Source: Neocallimastix sp. 'constans' (Eukaryota). Taken from it: DNA of 64,000 nucleotides. The stretch lies in the NCBI GenBank assembly GCA_050613775.1, contig JBODTK010000113.1:310001-374000 (forward strand). Direction: 5' to 3'. This document shows, piece after piece, positions 29,024-41,186 of the stretch (its first letter is position 1; every line of letters begins with the position of its first letter). The notes beneath the pieces were generated by a model. It searched no databases. It was not told where the DNA came from and saw nothing but the letters and a program-made list of their open reading frames with translations. Made by a program: the position numbers and the translations under genes.

Positions 29024-30322
29024 ATGTCCGATTTCAATGAGGCTATGCTCTTACAACAACGCTTCATGTCCTTGCAAGCCATAATTAATGTTACAGACAA
29101 GGAACATGATGTAGAGCGTTGGTACGACCAATTCGTAACATGGATTAGAATGCAAAAAATAACTAATTCTACTGATATTTATGATTGGTGCCGTATGAAA
29201 GTTCAAGGTCAAGGTTCCAAAAGTATCCAAGCATTAGTAACTAAGGATGCTAGCGGACGCTTAGTTTATCCTACTCTTGAGCAAATGAGAGATGCATTGC
29301 TAAAAACGTACAAATTAGAAAAAGATCCTGATGATATTATTAACGAAATAAAATCTATGAAGATTAATAAACAAGAAGATGTAAAAGAATTCAATCAGAA
29401 GTACCTGAAATTATATAATGATTTAAATGATGAATACAAATTAAGAATTACTTCTTATGACTATTTAGATGCAATAATTAGTAAACCTGCTGTGTGGCGT
29501 AGTGTAAAATCGGAAATTAAAAATAAGAAAATTACGCTATCAGAAGCAATGGAAGCTGTAGAATTTTATGACAAAATGGAGAATGAATTAAAATTGAAAA
29601 CTCAGAATAATAATAAAAATTCCAATTATAATAGATCCTCTAATTATAATAATCAAAGTGGTTATAATAACAATAATAATAATCATAATAATTCTAATTT
29701 TAATAATAAACACAAAGTTTCTTTTTGCAAATTTTGTCATGAGAAAGGACATTCAATCTCCGACTGTTCAGGTTATGCTAAATTCCAATATTTTAAATAT
29801 ATGGATTCTAAGATGAATAGCGATTTTAATAATTTCAATCCTAATTTAAACAATTTTAATAACTTTCCTAGTAATAATTTTAATAATTCTAATAATAATA
29901 ATAATAATAATTTTAATTTAAATAATCCAAATTGGAACGGAAATAATAATAGAAATAATGGTCACAAGAACAATAATAAACATAATAAATTTAATGGCTT
30001 TACTTATTTAAATAATCAAAATTTTAATAACCAAAATTTTAATAATCAGCCATTTAACAATCAAAGTTATAATAATAATCAAAACTTTAACCGACCATTC
30101 AATAATCAAAATTTTAATAATCAGCCTCTTAATAATTATAATTTCTATAATCAGCCACTTAACAATCAAAATTTTAATAATAATCAAAATTTTAATAATA
30201 ACCAAAATTTTAATGGAAACCTTAATTACTATAATTCTCAATTTTATAATCCCGATTTTAATAACTATTGTAATAGCGATAGTAATGAAGAAAACTCCGA
30301 AGAAACTAGTTCTTTAAACTAG
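29024..30322 (+). CDS. gag: Gag (capsid-like region, CCHC zinc knuckle, Asn-rich tail)
   Basis: Open frame 28967..30322 with the first ATG at 29024; CKFCHEKGHSISDC fits CX2CX4HX4C. Confidence 0.92.
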   Translation: MSDFNEAMLLQQRFMSLQAIINVTDKEHDVERWYDQFVTWIRMQKITNSTDIYDWCRMKVQGQGSKSIQALVTKDASGRLVYPTLEQMRDALLKTYKLEKDPDDIINEIKSMKINKQEDVKEFNQKYLKLYNDLNDEYKLRITSYDYLDAIISKPAVWRSVKSEIKNKKITLSEAMEAVEFYDKMENELKLKTQNNNKNSNYNRSSNYNNQSGYNNNNNNHNNSNFNNKHKVSFCKFCHEKGHSISDCSGYAKFQYFKYMDSKMNSDFNNFNPNLNNFNNFPSNNFNNSNNNNNNNFNLNNPNWNGNNNRNNGHKNNNKHNKFNGFTYLNNQNFNNQNFNNQPFNNQSYNNNQNFNRPFNNQNFNNQPLNNYNFYNQPLNNQNFNNNQNFNNNQNFNGNLNYYNSQFYNPDFNNYCNSDSNEENSEETSSLN

Positions 30323-30360
30323 CTATGGGGAGTTTGTACTCTCCCCTTAAACAAAGTACA
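30313..30360 (+). promoter_or_regulatory. -1 programmed ribosomal frameshift signal (slippery heptamer plus H-type pseudoknot)
   Basis: T TTA AAC at 30313-30319 is in the gag phase just before TAG, followed by a 7-nt spacer. Stem 1 is GGGGAG/CTCCCC and stem 2 is TGTACT/AGTACA. pol lies in the -1 frame and is open from the slip site. Confidence 0.88.
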
Positions 30361-33300
30361 TATTACAATAAATTCTATGTGGACGCTATTAAAAGAAAAA
30401 GTTCAACATTTGAACCAGGAACTCCGATTAGAAAAACAAAAACAAATACTACTGATAAAAATACTGTCAAAATGACTGAAGTAGTTAATAACAATCAAAT
30501 AAGTTCTGACTGGGAAGTTTCTGATAGAAATATAATAAAACCTCATATACGTAAGCGTCCCACTGATAAAACTCTTAATAACTCTATTAATAATAATGTT
30601 GAAAATACAATTATTAATAATTCAAATATTAATTCATATAAAATAAATAATAATTCAAATAATTTAAATACTTATAATTCTAATAACTCAAATAATTCTA
30701 ATCTTAATAATACTAGTAAATCTAATGAAAATAATAATATTTCTAATAAAAATAATAATATTCCCAATAAAAATAATAATAATTCCAATAAAAATAATTA
30801 TATTTCTAATAACAACTCTGAAAATAATTCAATTAATACTAATAAAAATTCAAATATTTTAAATAATAATAATTCTAATAAATTAAACTATAATTCTAAT
30901 ACTAATTTAATTAATGATGCTAACAAAATTTCCGATAATAATAATTCTATAAAAATGAATACTAATGAAGAAGGTTTATTAATTAATTCTAATAATAATG
31001 AAAATTCTTTTAATAATAATTCTAGTTATTTTAATAATAAAATAATTAATAATAAATTTAATAATCTTAAAAATATTATTAACTATTCTAATTCTAATCA
31101 GAAGTTAAATAATTTAAATTCTTCTACTGATGATTTTAACCCTAATGATCTTAATAATTTTAATAAAAATTTAATTAATCCAAAAGAATTAAAAGTTAGG
31201 ACCAATAAAAAGAAAGTCCGATTTAATATTAAAGATCCTCCTGATTCACGTGACCATGATGACGATACTAATAATAATAATAATAATGAAAAGATAGAAA
31301 AACATATATTATTAGCTAATAAATATTTCATCGAACCTTATAATTTGTCTAAAGATTTAGCAAACACTAAATGTGATATTACATATGCCCAATTATTAGA
31401 TATTTCTCCCGAAGCAAGATCTGAATTAATTAAAAATTTAAAATTAGAAAAATTAAAAATTTCTAATACAATGAATATAGATGAAAACTTTATTTATAAC
31501 TCTGAATATAATGAAATCAAAAATAATAATAATTTTAAAGAAGACGACTTAGGTATTGTCCTAGCCTCTGTCGATAATATTAAAAATAAATTACTTGTAG
31601 ATTCAGGTAGTAATTTGAATCTCATTTCTGTTGATTATTTTAATTCTCTACCTGGTCAATATGAAACGGTAGGTGTTTGTCATGGTCGTATCTGCGAAGC
31701 TTTAGGTGATGACACAGTCACTGACGCCATAGTTATCCGTTTAAATGTTCTTATTAATACTTATTCTTTTTCTGCTAACTTTTGTGTCATTGATCATAAT
31801 ACTAATTATTTTGATTTGTTAATTGGTCTTAAAACTATTGCCGATAATTATTTATTTATTCATCCTATGGCAAAAACTTTATGTCGTTTTACTTCCTATG
31901 ATTCTTTTGATATTATTACACCTTTATTAGAAAATCAGGAAGCCGAATTAGTTAGTTGTTTTGTTAAATATATTAATCCTAGTAAATTAATTAATACTTT
32001 AAATTATAATGATAATATTAATATTTATAAATCTAATAATTTTACTACGGATACGGGAAATAAGCAAATTATTGAACCTGAGCCACAAATTATTGAAAAT
32101 GCGCCACAAGAAGAAAATCTTTCACCTATTGAATATATTCAATCTCAAAATTTTCAATCAAAAATCGAAGGTCCTTTTAAACCAAATATATCTAAACTTT
32201 TATTGGATTTCATTGATATTGTTCCCACTTCATCTAAGCAACTTTTTCCTTCTAACACTTTTGAAGAACATCTCGTATTCCTTAAACAAGTTTCCGAAAT
32301 ATTTTGTAAATATGAAGTTAAAATCAACACTGAAAAATGTTGCTTCTTCAAGGAGGAGGTAGAACTATTCGGCCATGTAGCACCTAATAACGGCCTCAAA
32401 ACCATAAATTCAAAAGTCAATGCTGTAGCTAAATGGTTGAAACCTGAAAATATCTCAGAACTTAGATCTTTCTTGGGTTCTGTAGGTTATTATAGAAAAA
32501 TTATGAATAGCGTTGCTATGATTGCAGCACCACTCTACAAACTATTACGAAAGAATGTTCCTGATATATCGGAAAATACACACCAAGATAGTTACAATAA
32601 AATTGAAACACTCCTATATACTGATCATAAGCCACTAATGGGACTATTTAGTAATAAAGAACCTGATAAAATACGCCACATCCGACGGTGTATAACAATA
32701 AGTACGTTAAGAATTAAAATACTCTATGAACCGGGAAAAAGAAATTACATAGCGAACTCCTTATTCCGAATAAAAATTAATGAAAATAAACAGGATATTA
32801 AAAATAATAATAAAGAAAATAATAAATTAAAGGATTCAACTACGCCACATATTAAAACATCAAATAATAAAAAAATTTCAAGTCTAAAAATTAAGAAAAA
32901 TTTTAATTTCAAAAATTTCATATTTCAAAAATTGCGGGAAAAATGGTGGTATATAGACAATTTGAAATTTTCAAAAATTTCTAATCTTTTTAATGACAAT
33001 ATGGATTCCAATAAATTACAATATAATCCAAATATATGGCTCAATATAAATTTCAATAAATTAAAATTAAATCAGAATAAATTAAAATTAAATCAGAATA
33101 AATTAAAATTAAATCAGAATAAATTAAAAATATTTTTGATTCAGTTACTTCAATTAAAAAGAAATATAAATAAATATTATTCTAATATATTAGTTAATAT
33201 AAATTCCTATATATTACAATATAACCAAGGTAACTCTTCTATGTACGAAAAACATAATTTTAATGATCTATGTCAATTAAAGAAACAAATAAATCAATTG

Positions 33301-33651
33301 AAAATTAATACAATAAAACATATTGATAATATACTAGACAATAAAAGTCAAGAATATAATAATATTACTTATAAAATATATTCTATTAATACTATTAATC
33401 CTAATAATATTAATAATAATAATATTATTGAAGAAAATGGAAATAATAATGAAATTATTGATGAAGAAAATTTAAATCATACTGAATTTATGCAAAAAGT
33501 CATTAATGATCCTTATTTTGTAGAATCAGTTGAAGTTACAGGAAAACAATTTAATACAGTAAAATTAGTAAATCCAAATACAAAACTACCTTTGGAAAGA
33601 CCAGTACATATTAAAAATATAATAAAATTTAATTCAACAACTATACCATAG
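30325..33651 (+). CDS. pol: Pol derivative: aspartic protease intact; RT, RNase H and integrase largely deleted in frame
   Basis: Protease motif LLVDSGSNLNLI. Only post-YxDD RT motifs remain (TFEEHL, KCCFFKEEVELFGH, ELRSFLGSVGYYRK). The RNase H tail LYTDHKPL...YEPGKRNYIAN and an integrase C-terminal tail (PYFVE...PVHIKNIIKF) are present. No YxDD, HHCC or DDE motif is seen. Confidence 0.88.
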   Translation: MGSLYSPLKQSTYYNKFYVDAIKRKSSTFEPGTPIRKTKTNTTDKNTVKMTEVVNNNQISSDWEVSDRNIIKPHIRKRPTDKTLNNSINNNVENTIINNSNINSYKINNNSNNLNTYNSNNSNNSNLNNTSKSNENNNISNKNNNIPNKNNNNSNKNNYISNNNSENNSINTNKNSNILNNNNSNKLNYNSNTNLINDANKISDNNNSIKMNTNEEGLLINSNNNENSFNNNSSYFNNKIINNKFNNLKNIINYSNSNQKLNNLNSSTDDFNPNDLNNFNKNLINPKELKVRTNKKKVRFNIKDPPDSRDHDDDTNNNNNNEKIEKHILLANKYFIEPYNLSKDLANTKCDITYAQLLDISPEARSELIKNLKLEKLKISNTMNIDENFIYNSEYNEIKNNNNFKEDDLGIVLASVDNIKNKLLVDSGSNLNLISVDYFNSLPGQYETVGVCHGRICEALGDDTVTDAIVIRLNVLINTYSFSANFCVIDHNTNYFDLLIGLKTIADNYLFIHPMAKTLCRFTSYDSFDIITPLLENQEAELVSCFVKYINPSKLINTLNYNDNINIYKSNNFTTDTGNKQIIEPEPQIIENAPQEENLSPIEYIQSQNFQSKIEGPFKPNISKLLLDFIDIVPTSSKQLFPSNTFEEHLVFLKQVSEIFCKYEVKINTEKCCFFKEEVELFGHVAPNNGLKTINSKVNAVAKWLKPENISELRSFLGSVGYYRKIMNSVAMIAAPLYKLLRKNVPDISENTHQDSYNKIETLLYTDHKPLMGLFSNKEPDKIRHIRRCITISTLRIKILYEPGKRNYIANSLFRIKINENKQDIKNNNKENNKLKDSTTPHIKTSNNKKISSLKIKKNFNFKNFIFQKLREKWWYIDNLKFSKISNLFNDNMDSNKLQYNPNIWLNINFNKLKLNQNKLKLNQNKLKLNQNKLKIFLIQLLQLKRNINKYYSNILVNINSYILQYNQGNSSMYEKHNFNDLCQLKKQINQLKINTIKHIDNILDNKSQEYNNITYKIYSINTINPNNINNNNIIEENGNNNEIIDEENLNHTEFMQKVINDPYFVESVEVTGKQFNTVKLVNPNTKLPLERPVHIKNIIKFNSTTIP

Positions 33652-33659
33652 TTGTAACT

Positions 33660-33673
33660 AAAGAAGGGACGAA
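33660..33673 (+). promoter_or_regulatory. Polypurine tract
   Basis: AAAGAAGGGACGAA directly abuts the 3' LTR. Confidence 0.85.
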
Positions 33674-34385
33674 TGATATAAAACGCAAATAAAAACTTTA
33701 ATTATTAATAAATTATTTTATTAATAATTACATAAAAATAAATTAATAAATCATTTGCAATTCGTGATATAAAGTCAACGTGATCAAAAATAACGTGAAA
33801 AAATTAAAATTATGTAAAAACATAATTTTATGAAAGAACATAAAAATTAATGTAAACATAAAATTTATGTAATAAATTTTATGTTATGTTAAAATTGAAA
33901 TAATTTATAAATTTCTTTTTATTATTTTTATTATTTTTATATTTAATATTTTATTTTATTATATTTTTAATTATTTTAATAATTATTATTTTATATTAAT
34001 ATTTTATTAATTATAATAAATTTATATTTTTATTAATATTTTATGAATATTTTATATTTTATTTTATACTTTTATCTTAAATACTTTAAATACTAAATAA
34101 TTAATTTTTATTATTTTTAAAATAGTTTATAGTTAAAGAAAATTATAAAAAGAATACTTTTTCTTTATGTTAATTCTTTGCAATATTTTATGCCAATTTA
34201 CTTCATACAATACTTAATTTATATTATATAATTACTTTTATATTTACAATGAATAATTAAATAAATGTAACAAATAAGTTTTATAATTACTTTTAAATAA
34301 TAAATAAATAAAATTTTATAATTAAATAACAATTTTATAAAACTTCTCCCAACAAGAGAACTTGAACCAAAGGCGTACTTTATCA
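33674..34385 (+). repeat. 3' LTR (712 bp)
   Basis: Same length and termini as 27349-28060. Confidence 0.96.
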
Positions 34386-34744
34386 AAGAGAAAACTTTTA
34401 ATATTTATATAAATTCATTTATAAAGAAGTTCAATAATAATAAATAATAATATTAATAATAGTAATACTAATAATAATTATTATTGTAAATAAAATTATT
34501 AAGGTTTATTATTTTAATATATTTTATTTTATTATGGTAGTTATAAAGATTAAATAATACATGAATTTTTATTTTATTTATACTAATATAATATATGGCG
34601 TATTTTTATCATGTGGTTTTTATTTTAACAAGCCACATATAAATCACATTGAATTTATTTTAATAATAATTTTATGTAATTATTATAAATTTTATTAATA
34701 ATTAAAGGTTTAAATTTCGTTTTATATCATAATATAATCCACCT

Positions 34745-37262
34745 CTCCTGGTATTTTTATCGGTTACGATGACACAAACCATACTGCATATAGGATCTAT
34801 GATTTTTATAATAACAAAATTATCATTTCAAGAGCAGTCGAATTCTACGAAGACACTTTTCCGAATATCTCTGCACCACGCTCTTATCCTTCTTCTATTC
34901 CTTTTTCTCCTTTTTTTTTTTTTTTTTTTGAAGTTGAGGGGGGAAACCATTGACATACATAAAAACTACGACACACAAAATATTAACAACATTAACAACA
35001 ACAACAACAACAATATTGATCTTAATATAAATAATCAAATAAATTACAACAATTCAAACTTAAATTCTTAATGTAACACAACAGATACTAAATTCTCCAA
35101 ATTTACATGTCAACAAAATTATTTCGATAACCTTATTCAAAATTTAATTCAAACTCCATATTATCAAAAATAGTTTACTTTATTACAACAAAAATTCCTT
35201 TCTCTTATTATCAAATTCCACCAAACGGACACATTCATAATCATCCAAATTTCAATGATTATTATAATTACTTAAATAAATACAATAATTTAAATAATTT
35301 ATATGATTATCATTCAGTCATTTTTGATCAAATTAAAAATAAAAAATTAAATAATGTAAATCAAAATAAATTAAACAATTTAGATCCTAATTTAAATTTA
35401 AATAACGTAAACAATAATATTCAATATAACCCTTCTTTAAGTAATAATGATGAACACTCGAATTTAATTACTGGCAATAATAGGACTGATGAACCAACCA
35501 ACTTAGAAAAACAGATTAATAAAAATTGCTCAATTTTAAATGATAAATCAATTAAAAATCAATTAAAAATGATTCAAATACAAATAATAGTAATAATTTA
35601 AATTCCAAACCTGATCATGGAGTAAATAAAAGCGATATAAACAGTGAAAAGCAACATGAAAATAATATCAATAATGAAGAACCCCCAGGTAAATTCAAAA
35701 GATAATGACACCAATATCAAAAACCAATACTCAACTTTCAACCTTGGAAACAATTCTAGAAAATGACAATTTTAGTGAAAATGTGAAAAATAAGGAAAGC
35801 GTTAGCGAAATCTCCACTGAAATTGTTAAGTGAAGATAAAAGTAAGGAAAATAATGTTATAATTGAATTAAACAAAAATAAATCGAATGAAGATGAATCA
35901 GATAATCTTAATGATTTAACTAATAAAAAAGGACGAAGTAAATGAAACAAATAAAAGTAACTCTCTTAAAAGAAAATCACTAAATAGACAAAATAAAAGT
36001 GCCAAGTCCAGAAGAACTAGTGACCAACATGAGTACAATACTAGAAGTAATAAAAGAAAACGAGAGAAAAATGAAATTAATGTTAATAAAAAGTTCAATT
36101 CCTTTAACAAAGATGATACAATGAGTAAAATGGCAAACTACTCAGCTAACATCCAAGTTGAACCAAAGAATTTTAGAGATATAAGATATAAACCAGATAA
36201 GAATGAATGGTTAAATGCTGTCAAAGATGAATTAAAAAAAATATGAGAGATTTAAGAGTATACGAAACAGTTAGTAAGATTCCCAAGAATGCAGAATGTT
36301 ATAACACCACGATAGGTATTTAAATGTAAACATGATTCTGAAGGAAATGTCATAAAAAGAAAAGTACACTTAGTCGTGAGAGGATTTACACAAAAGTTTG
36401 GTGTAGACTATAAAGAGACATTCTCACCTACCTTGAAACATGATTCATTAAGAATAGTATCAGCAATTGCAGCAAAATACAATTATGATAATCTACCAAA
36501 TGGATGTGAAAGCTGCATACCTAAATGCAAAACTAGAAGAGGACATCTACATGGAAGATCCCGAAGGAGATATAAACTACAAGAAGTGTTTCTGGAAATT
36601 ACAGAAAGCTTTATATGGCTTAAAACAAGCTGGAGGTAGGTATGTGGAACAATACTTTGAATGATGTACTAATTTGAATCGGATTCAAAAGGCTTAGAAG
36701 CAAATCATGTTTATATGCAAAGTTTAATAAAAGAAGAGAAATTACTTGTATCCTAGCTGATTATGCTGATGACATACTTATAACAGGAACTGAAGAAGAA
36801 ATCACAAGAACAAGAGAATTTCTGAAAGAAAAATTCCAAATCTCAGATGTAGGTGAAGCCAATTTTATTATTGGAGTAAAATTTGAAAAATGCAAAGATG
36901 GTTATTTATTACATCAAAAGAAATACACCAAAGATATATTGAAAAGATTCAATATTGAAAAGTACATACCTTTATCAAATATGATTCCTGTGGAAAATGA
37001 AGAAATGATAAAAAAAAAAAAAAATTTAGTTCAACCAGATATAGAAAAGCAATCGGATGTTTATTGTATTTCGCTATTTGTACAAGACCCGACATATTAT
37101 TCACGATAAGTAAAGCATCTAGAAAATCACAAGATCCCACATATGAAGATTGGTTTAATGTTTTAAAAATTTTCAGGATACTTAAAAGACAAGCACAATT
37201 ATGGAATAAAATTTAATTTTAATAGTGAAAAGGATTTTGAAGTATATATTGATGCAAATTTC
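34745..37262 (+). mobile_element. Decayed Ty1/Copia pol remnant (integrase C-terminus, linker, RT, first RNase H residues)
   Basis: Frameshifted motifs FIGYDDTNHTAYRIYD...[74 protein letters not shown] and YIDANF. Integrase precedes RT, and no LTRs were seen. Confidence 0.93.
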
Positions 37263-37388
37263 GGATATGAAACTCGTTTCGGTATGACTTACATTGACTT
37301 CTACCATGACAAGGAATTAAAGCGTGTTCCAAAAGATTCTCTTACTTACCTTGGTCAATGGTACTTAGAAAATGTTGAACAAGAATAA
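37263..37388 (+). pseudogene. 3' fragment of a sixth GH1 gene fused to the Copia remnant
   Basis: Translates to GYETRFGMTYIDFYHDKELKRVPKDSLTYLGQWYLENVEQE*, matching 43601-43726. Confidence 0.95.
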
Positions 37389-39803
37389 ATGATGCATAAT
37401 AAATAACTTTTATTATTATAATAATAAGTAAAATTAATATATATATTTAATTAGTAAAAAAATTGTTATTTAAAATAATTATTAACGAAATTAAACAATA
37501 AAAAATGATATTGATAATTATTTTAAATTTATTATTTTAAATTTAATATGATTTAATTTTTTAAAAAATTATTTTAATAAAAAAAAAAAAAAAATTAATG
37601 TAAAGATATATTATTGTTTTTGTATTTTTCAGTGTATAAATTGTTATGTGTTTTTAAACATAATAGTAAAAATTATATATATATATAAAATATTTAAATA
37701 GTGTTATATTTTTATTTATCATTTCTTATGTAATATTTTATGTAATATTATTTATCATTTATTATATTATATTAGATATTTTATATATTTTATAATTTAT
37801 TATTGCTGTTATTAAGGTATTTATTATTGTTTTAGTATAGTAAGTTGGTTTAAATCAGAACTGATTGAATAATCCTGTGAAATTCTTTTTGCAAAAATGT
37901 CCGTTGTATCGTAAACGGTATCTTACGCAGGTTCAGGATCGAGGGCTGATCGTAATGATTAATGAATATTATATATATATATGTATATATAATAATTTTT
38001 GATGTATAATAAATGAAATAGATGGGTTTTAAATTGTATGAATTATGATATTATATATATATAATATATAAAATAGAAATTTATCAAATTTTAATTTATT
38101 TTATAAACCAATTAAAATCTATAAAATATAATACTTTTTTAAAAAAAAAATAGGTAGATATAAATATGAAATGAGTTTAATTCTTAATATAAGTTGTTTT
38201 CATAAAAAAAATAAAGGTAATTATTCATTGAAGATATTATTTATAATATCATATGTGATATTGAAATCCTTTAAAAGATATTTAACAAAATTCATAATAC
38301 TAATATATTAATATTATAATAAATGTGAAAACTATTCATAAACTTTTAAGAAAATTTTATTTTTTTTTTATTGCTTTTAATTTATATCATTCAATTCATT
38401 CACAATATATATATTTATAACTTTAGAATTTCTTAAATTTTTAATTTGTTAAATATTATTATATATCAATGAACAAATAATTAATAAAGACGAAAATGAA
38501 AAAAAAATCTTATAATTTATTTCAATGGTCATTTATTTATTAATAATTTAATTGAGTTTTTGGAAACATAATTAGTTTTAACTGACGTCTTATCTAACTA
38601 CCAACTAAGATATTTTACTTTTTTCTTGATTTTCTTGTCAGTATAATGGTGTTCTTAATAAGATGAATATAACGTTTAATATAAATGCTTATTTATTAAA
38701 GTTTTATAATTATATGAAGCCACTTTACTAAAGTTTTAAAATTATATAGAGACACTTTACTAAAAACAATAAATATTTGGTTATAACAGTTTTTAATAAA
38801 ATTATTATATACTAAATTTAATTAATATAAAAAAAATAATTTTAATAAAACTAATAAAGTAATAAGAAATTTAAATTTTTATGTTATATTAAAAATATAA
38901 TAATTAATAGAAATAGTAACACTTTTTTTTTTTTTTTTTTTTTTTCTTAATCTTTATAATTTTTTTATTATTATCATTATTATTATTTTTATAATAATTA
39001 TAACATCATTATCATCATTAATTTGTATTGGCGGACTCTGTATTTCATCATCATTTATTTTCATCCCAATAAGACAATATTTTTTTCTGAAATGTACTTT
39101 ATATAGAACTATGATATCCATCCCTTTTATAGATTGCTTCATATTTTTTTTTATTTATTTTTTTTTATTGCAGTTAAATTTTATAAAGAAAGTTATTCAT
39201 TATTAGATATTTATTTTTTTATTAGTAATTATCAAAAAATAATATATAGAAGATTAATAATTTTTTTTTTTTATTTTTTTTTTTATCTTTAAAAAAATTA
39301 CAGAAATATGTATTAGAAAAAAATTATTTTTAAGTATAATTATATTTCCGTAAAGAATTAAAGTTATTCCAAGAATGTAAAAAAATAATAGAAAAGGAAA
39401 AAAAAAAAAAAAAGAACAATTTTTTTAATATTAGATTTTTATTATCTTTATAATTATTATTAGTAAAGATTTAAACGAAGTCTTGAAACATAAAATTAAT
39501 GAATAAAAAAATAACAAATATCATAGATTTTTTTTATAATAAAAAATTTTTTAAATTTTATTTTATTTTATTTTACTTTACTCTATTTTTATTTTTATTT
39601 TATTTTTTTTTGTTTTTATTTTAATTGTTTATTTAAAAGAGGGATTATAATAGTAACAATAATAATTTCAGATAATGATTAATAATTAATTAATAAATAA
39701 TAATAGTTAATTTTTCAATATTACTAAAGAATTAAATAATAATGCAATTCCTGATAATTTAATAATGTTATAAATATTGAAATTGGTGTAAATATTACAT
39801 TGA

Positions 39804-39859
<56 letters not shown>

Positions 39860-39990
39860 TCATTTTATTGCTTTATTAGCATTATTAGATTCTTTTTATA
39901 AAATTGAAAGTTTTAAATATACTTTTATATTTTATATTAATATATAGCTTTTAAATTAAACAAAGTTTGTAATTATATACATATACTTTT
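37263..39990 (+). repeat. Segmental duplication of the GH1 3' end and downstream flank (counterpart about 43601-45830), with indels
   Basis: Collinear shared blocks: ATGATGCAT after the stop, AAAGATATATTATTGTTTTTGTA, AAATCAGAACTGATTGAA, CCAATTAAAATCTATAAAATA and CTGATAATTTAATAATGTTATAAA. Confidence 0.8.
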
Positions 39991-40039
39991 TTTGTTATAA
40001 TTATTATATATACATATACTTTTTTTTTTTTATTATTAA

Positions 40040-40830
40040 AATATAAATATTAAAAATTTTTTAAAAGAAATATAACAAATAAAAAATATATATATATATA
40101 TAACTTTGTGAAAGTTTCATAATTTTTAATAAATTAATTTACTATATACAAAAATAAAATAGTTGATCATATTATCTCTATTTTATAATGATTATATATA
40201 CAAATACTTTTTTTTTATTTATTATAATATTTTTTTTTTTCATTATAATATAAATATTAAAAAAATTTTAAGAGCAATATAATAAATAAAATAAAATATA
40301 TATATAGTTTTGTGAAAGTTTCATAATTTTTAATAAATTAATTTACTATATACAAAAATAAAATTGTTATTATTTCTATTTTATAATTATTATATATATA
40401 TACAAATACTTTTTTTTTTTCATTATAATATTTTTTTTTTTTTTATTATTATAATATAAATATTAAAAAATTTTAAAGAGCAATATAATAAATAAAATAA
40501 AATATATATATATATAGTTTTGTGAAAGTTTCATAATTTTCAATAAATTAATTTACTATATATTATCTCTATTTTATAATGATTATATATACAAATACTT
40601 TTTTTTTTCATTATTATGTTTTATTTTTTTTTTTATTTATTATAATATAAATATTAAAAAATTTTAGAAGCAATAATAAGAAAAAATATATATATATATA
40701 AAGTGAATATATATATGTAAATATGTAACTATTTTCATACTTTTTAATAAATTAATTTACAATAGTTGGTCATATTATCCTTATTTTTTTCAATTATTAC
40801 AATTTTATACTTTTTTTCATATTATTTTCA
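40040..40830. repeat. Degenerate ~200-bp tandem repeat (~4 units), related to about 19080-19245
   Basis: TTTGTGAAAGTTTCATAATTTTTAATAAATTAATTTACTATAT recurs at about 40105, 40309 and 40519; TTGGTCATATTATCCCT occurs at 19162 and 40766. Confidence 0.8.
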
Positions 40831-41129
40831 TAATAACAATAATAATATTAATTATAATATTATTATTATAATTTAATTATTATTTTATTATCATTATTAT
40901 TTATTATTATTGTTATTATAATTATTAGTATAAATATTATAATAATTATTATTATAATTATTATTATTATTTTCTATCATTTATTATTGCTATATTTTTA
41001 TAATTAAATTGTTATTTTTATAATATTATTATATAATTATCATTTTTATATTACCTTTATTTTACTATTATTTTATTATTATTATTATTATTATAATTAT
41101 TATTATAATTATTATTATAATTATTATTA

Positions 41130-41186
<57 letters not shown>

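Larger units (their letters stand above)
27349..34385 (+). mobile_element. Ty3/Gypsy-type LTR retrotransposon, internally deleted (non-autonomous), 7037 bp
   Basis: Two 712-bp LTRs (TGATA...TATCA), a 4-bp TSD AAGA (27345-27348 and 34386-34389), PBS, PPT, gag, and a pol with PR-RT-RH-IN order. Confidence 0.96.

Noticed and set aside
38954..39142. 62-aa minus-strand ORF with slightly raised GC
   Set aside because: Short, with a low-complexity tail and no recognisable motif or splice partner.
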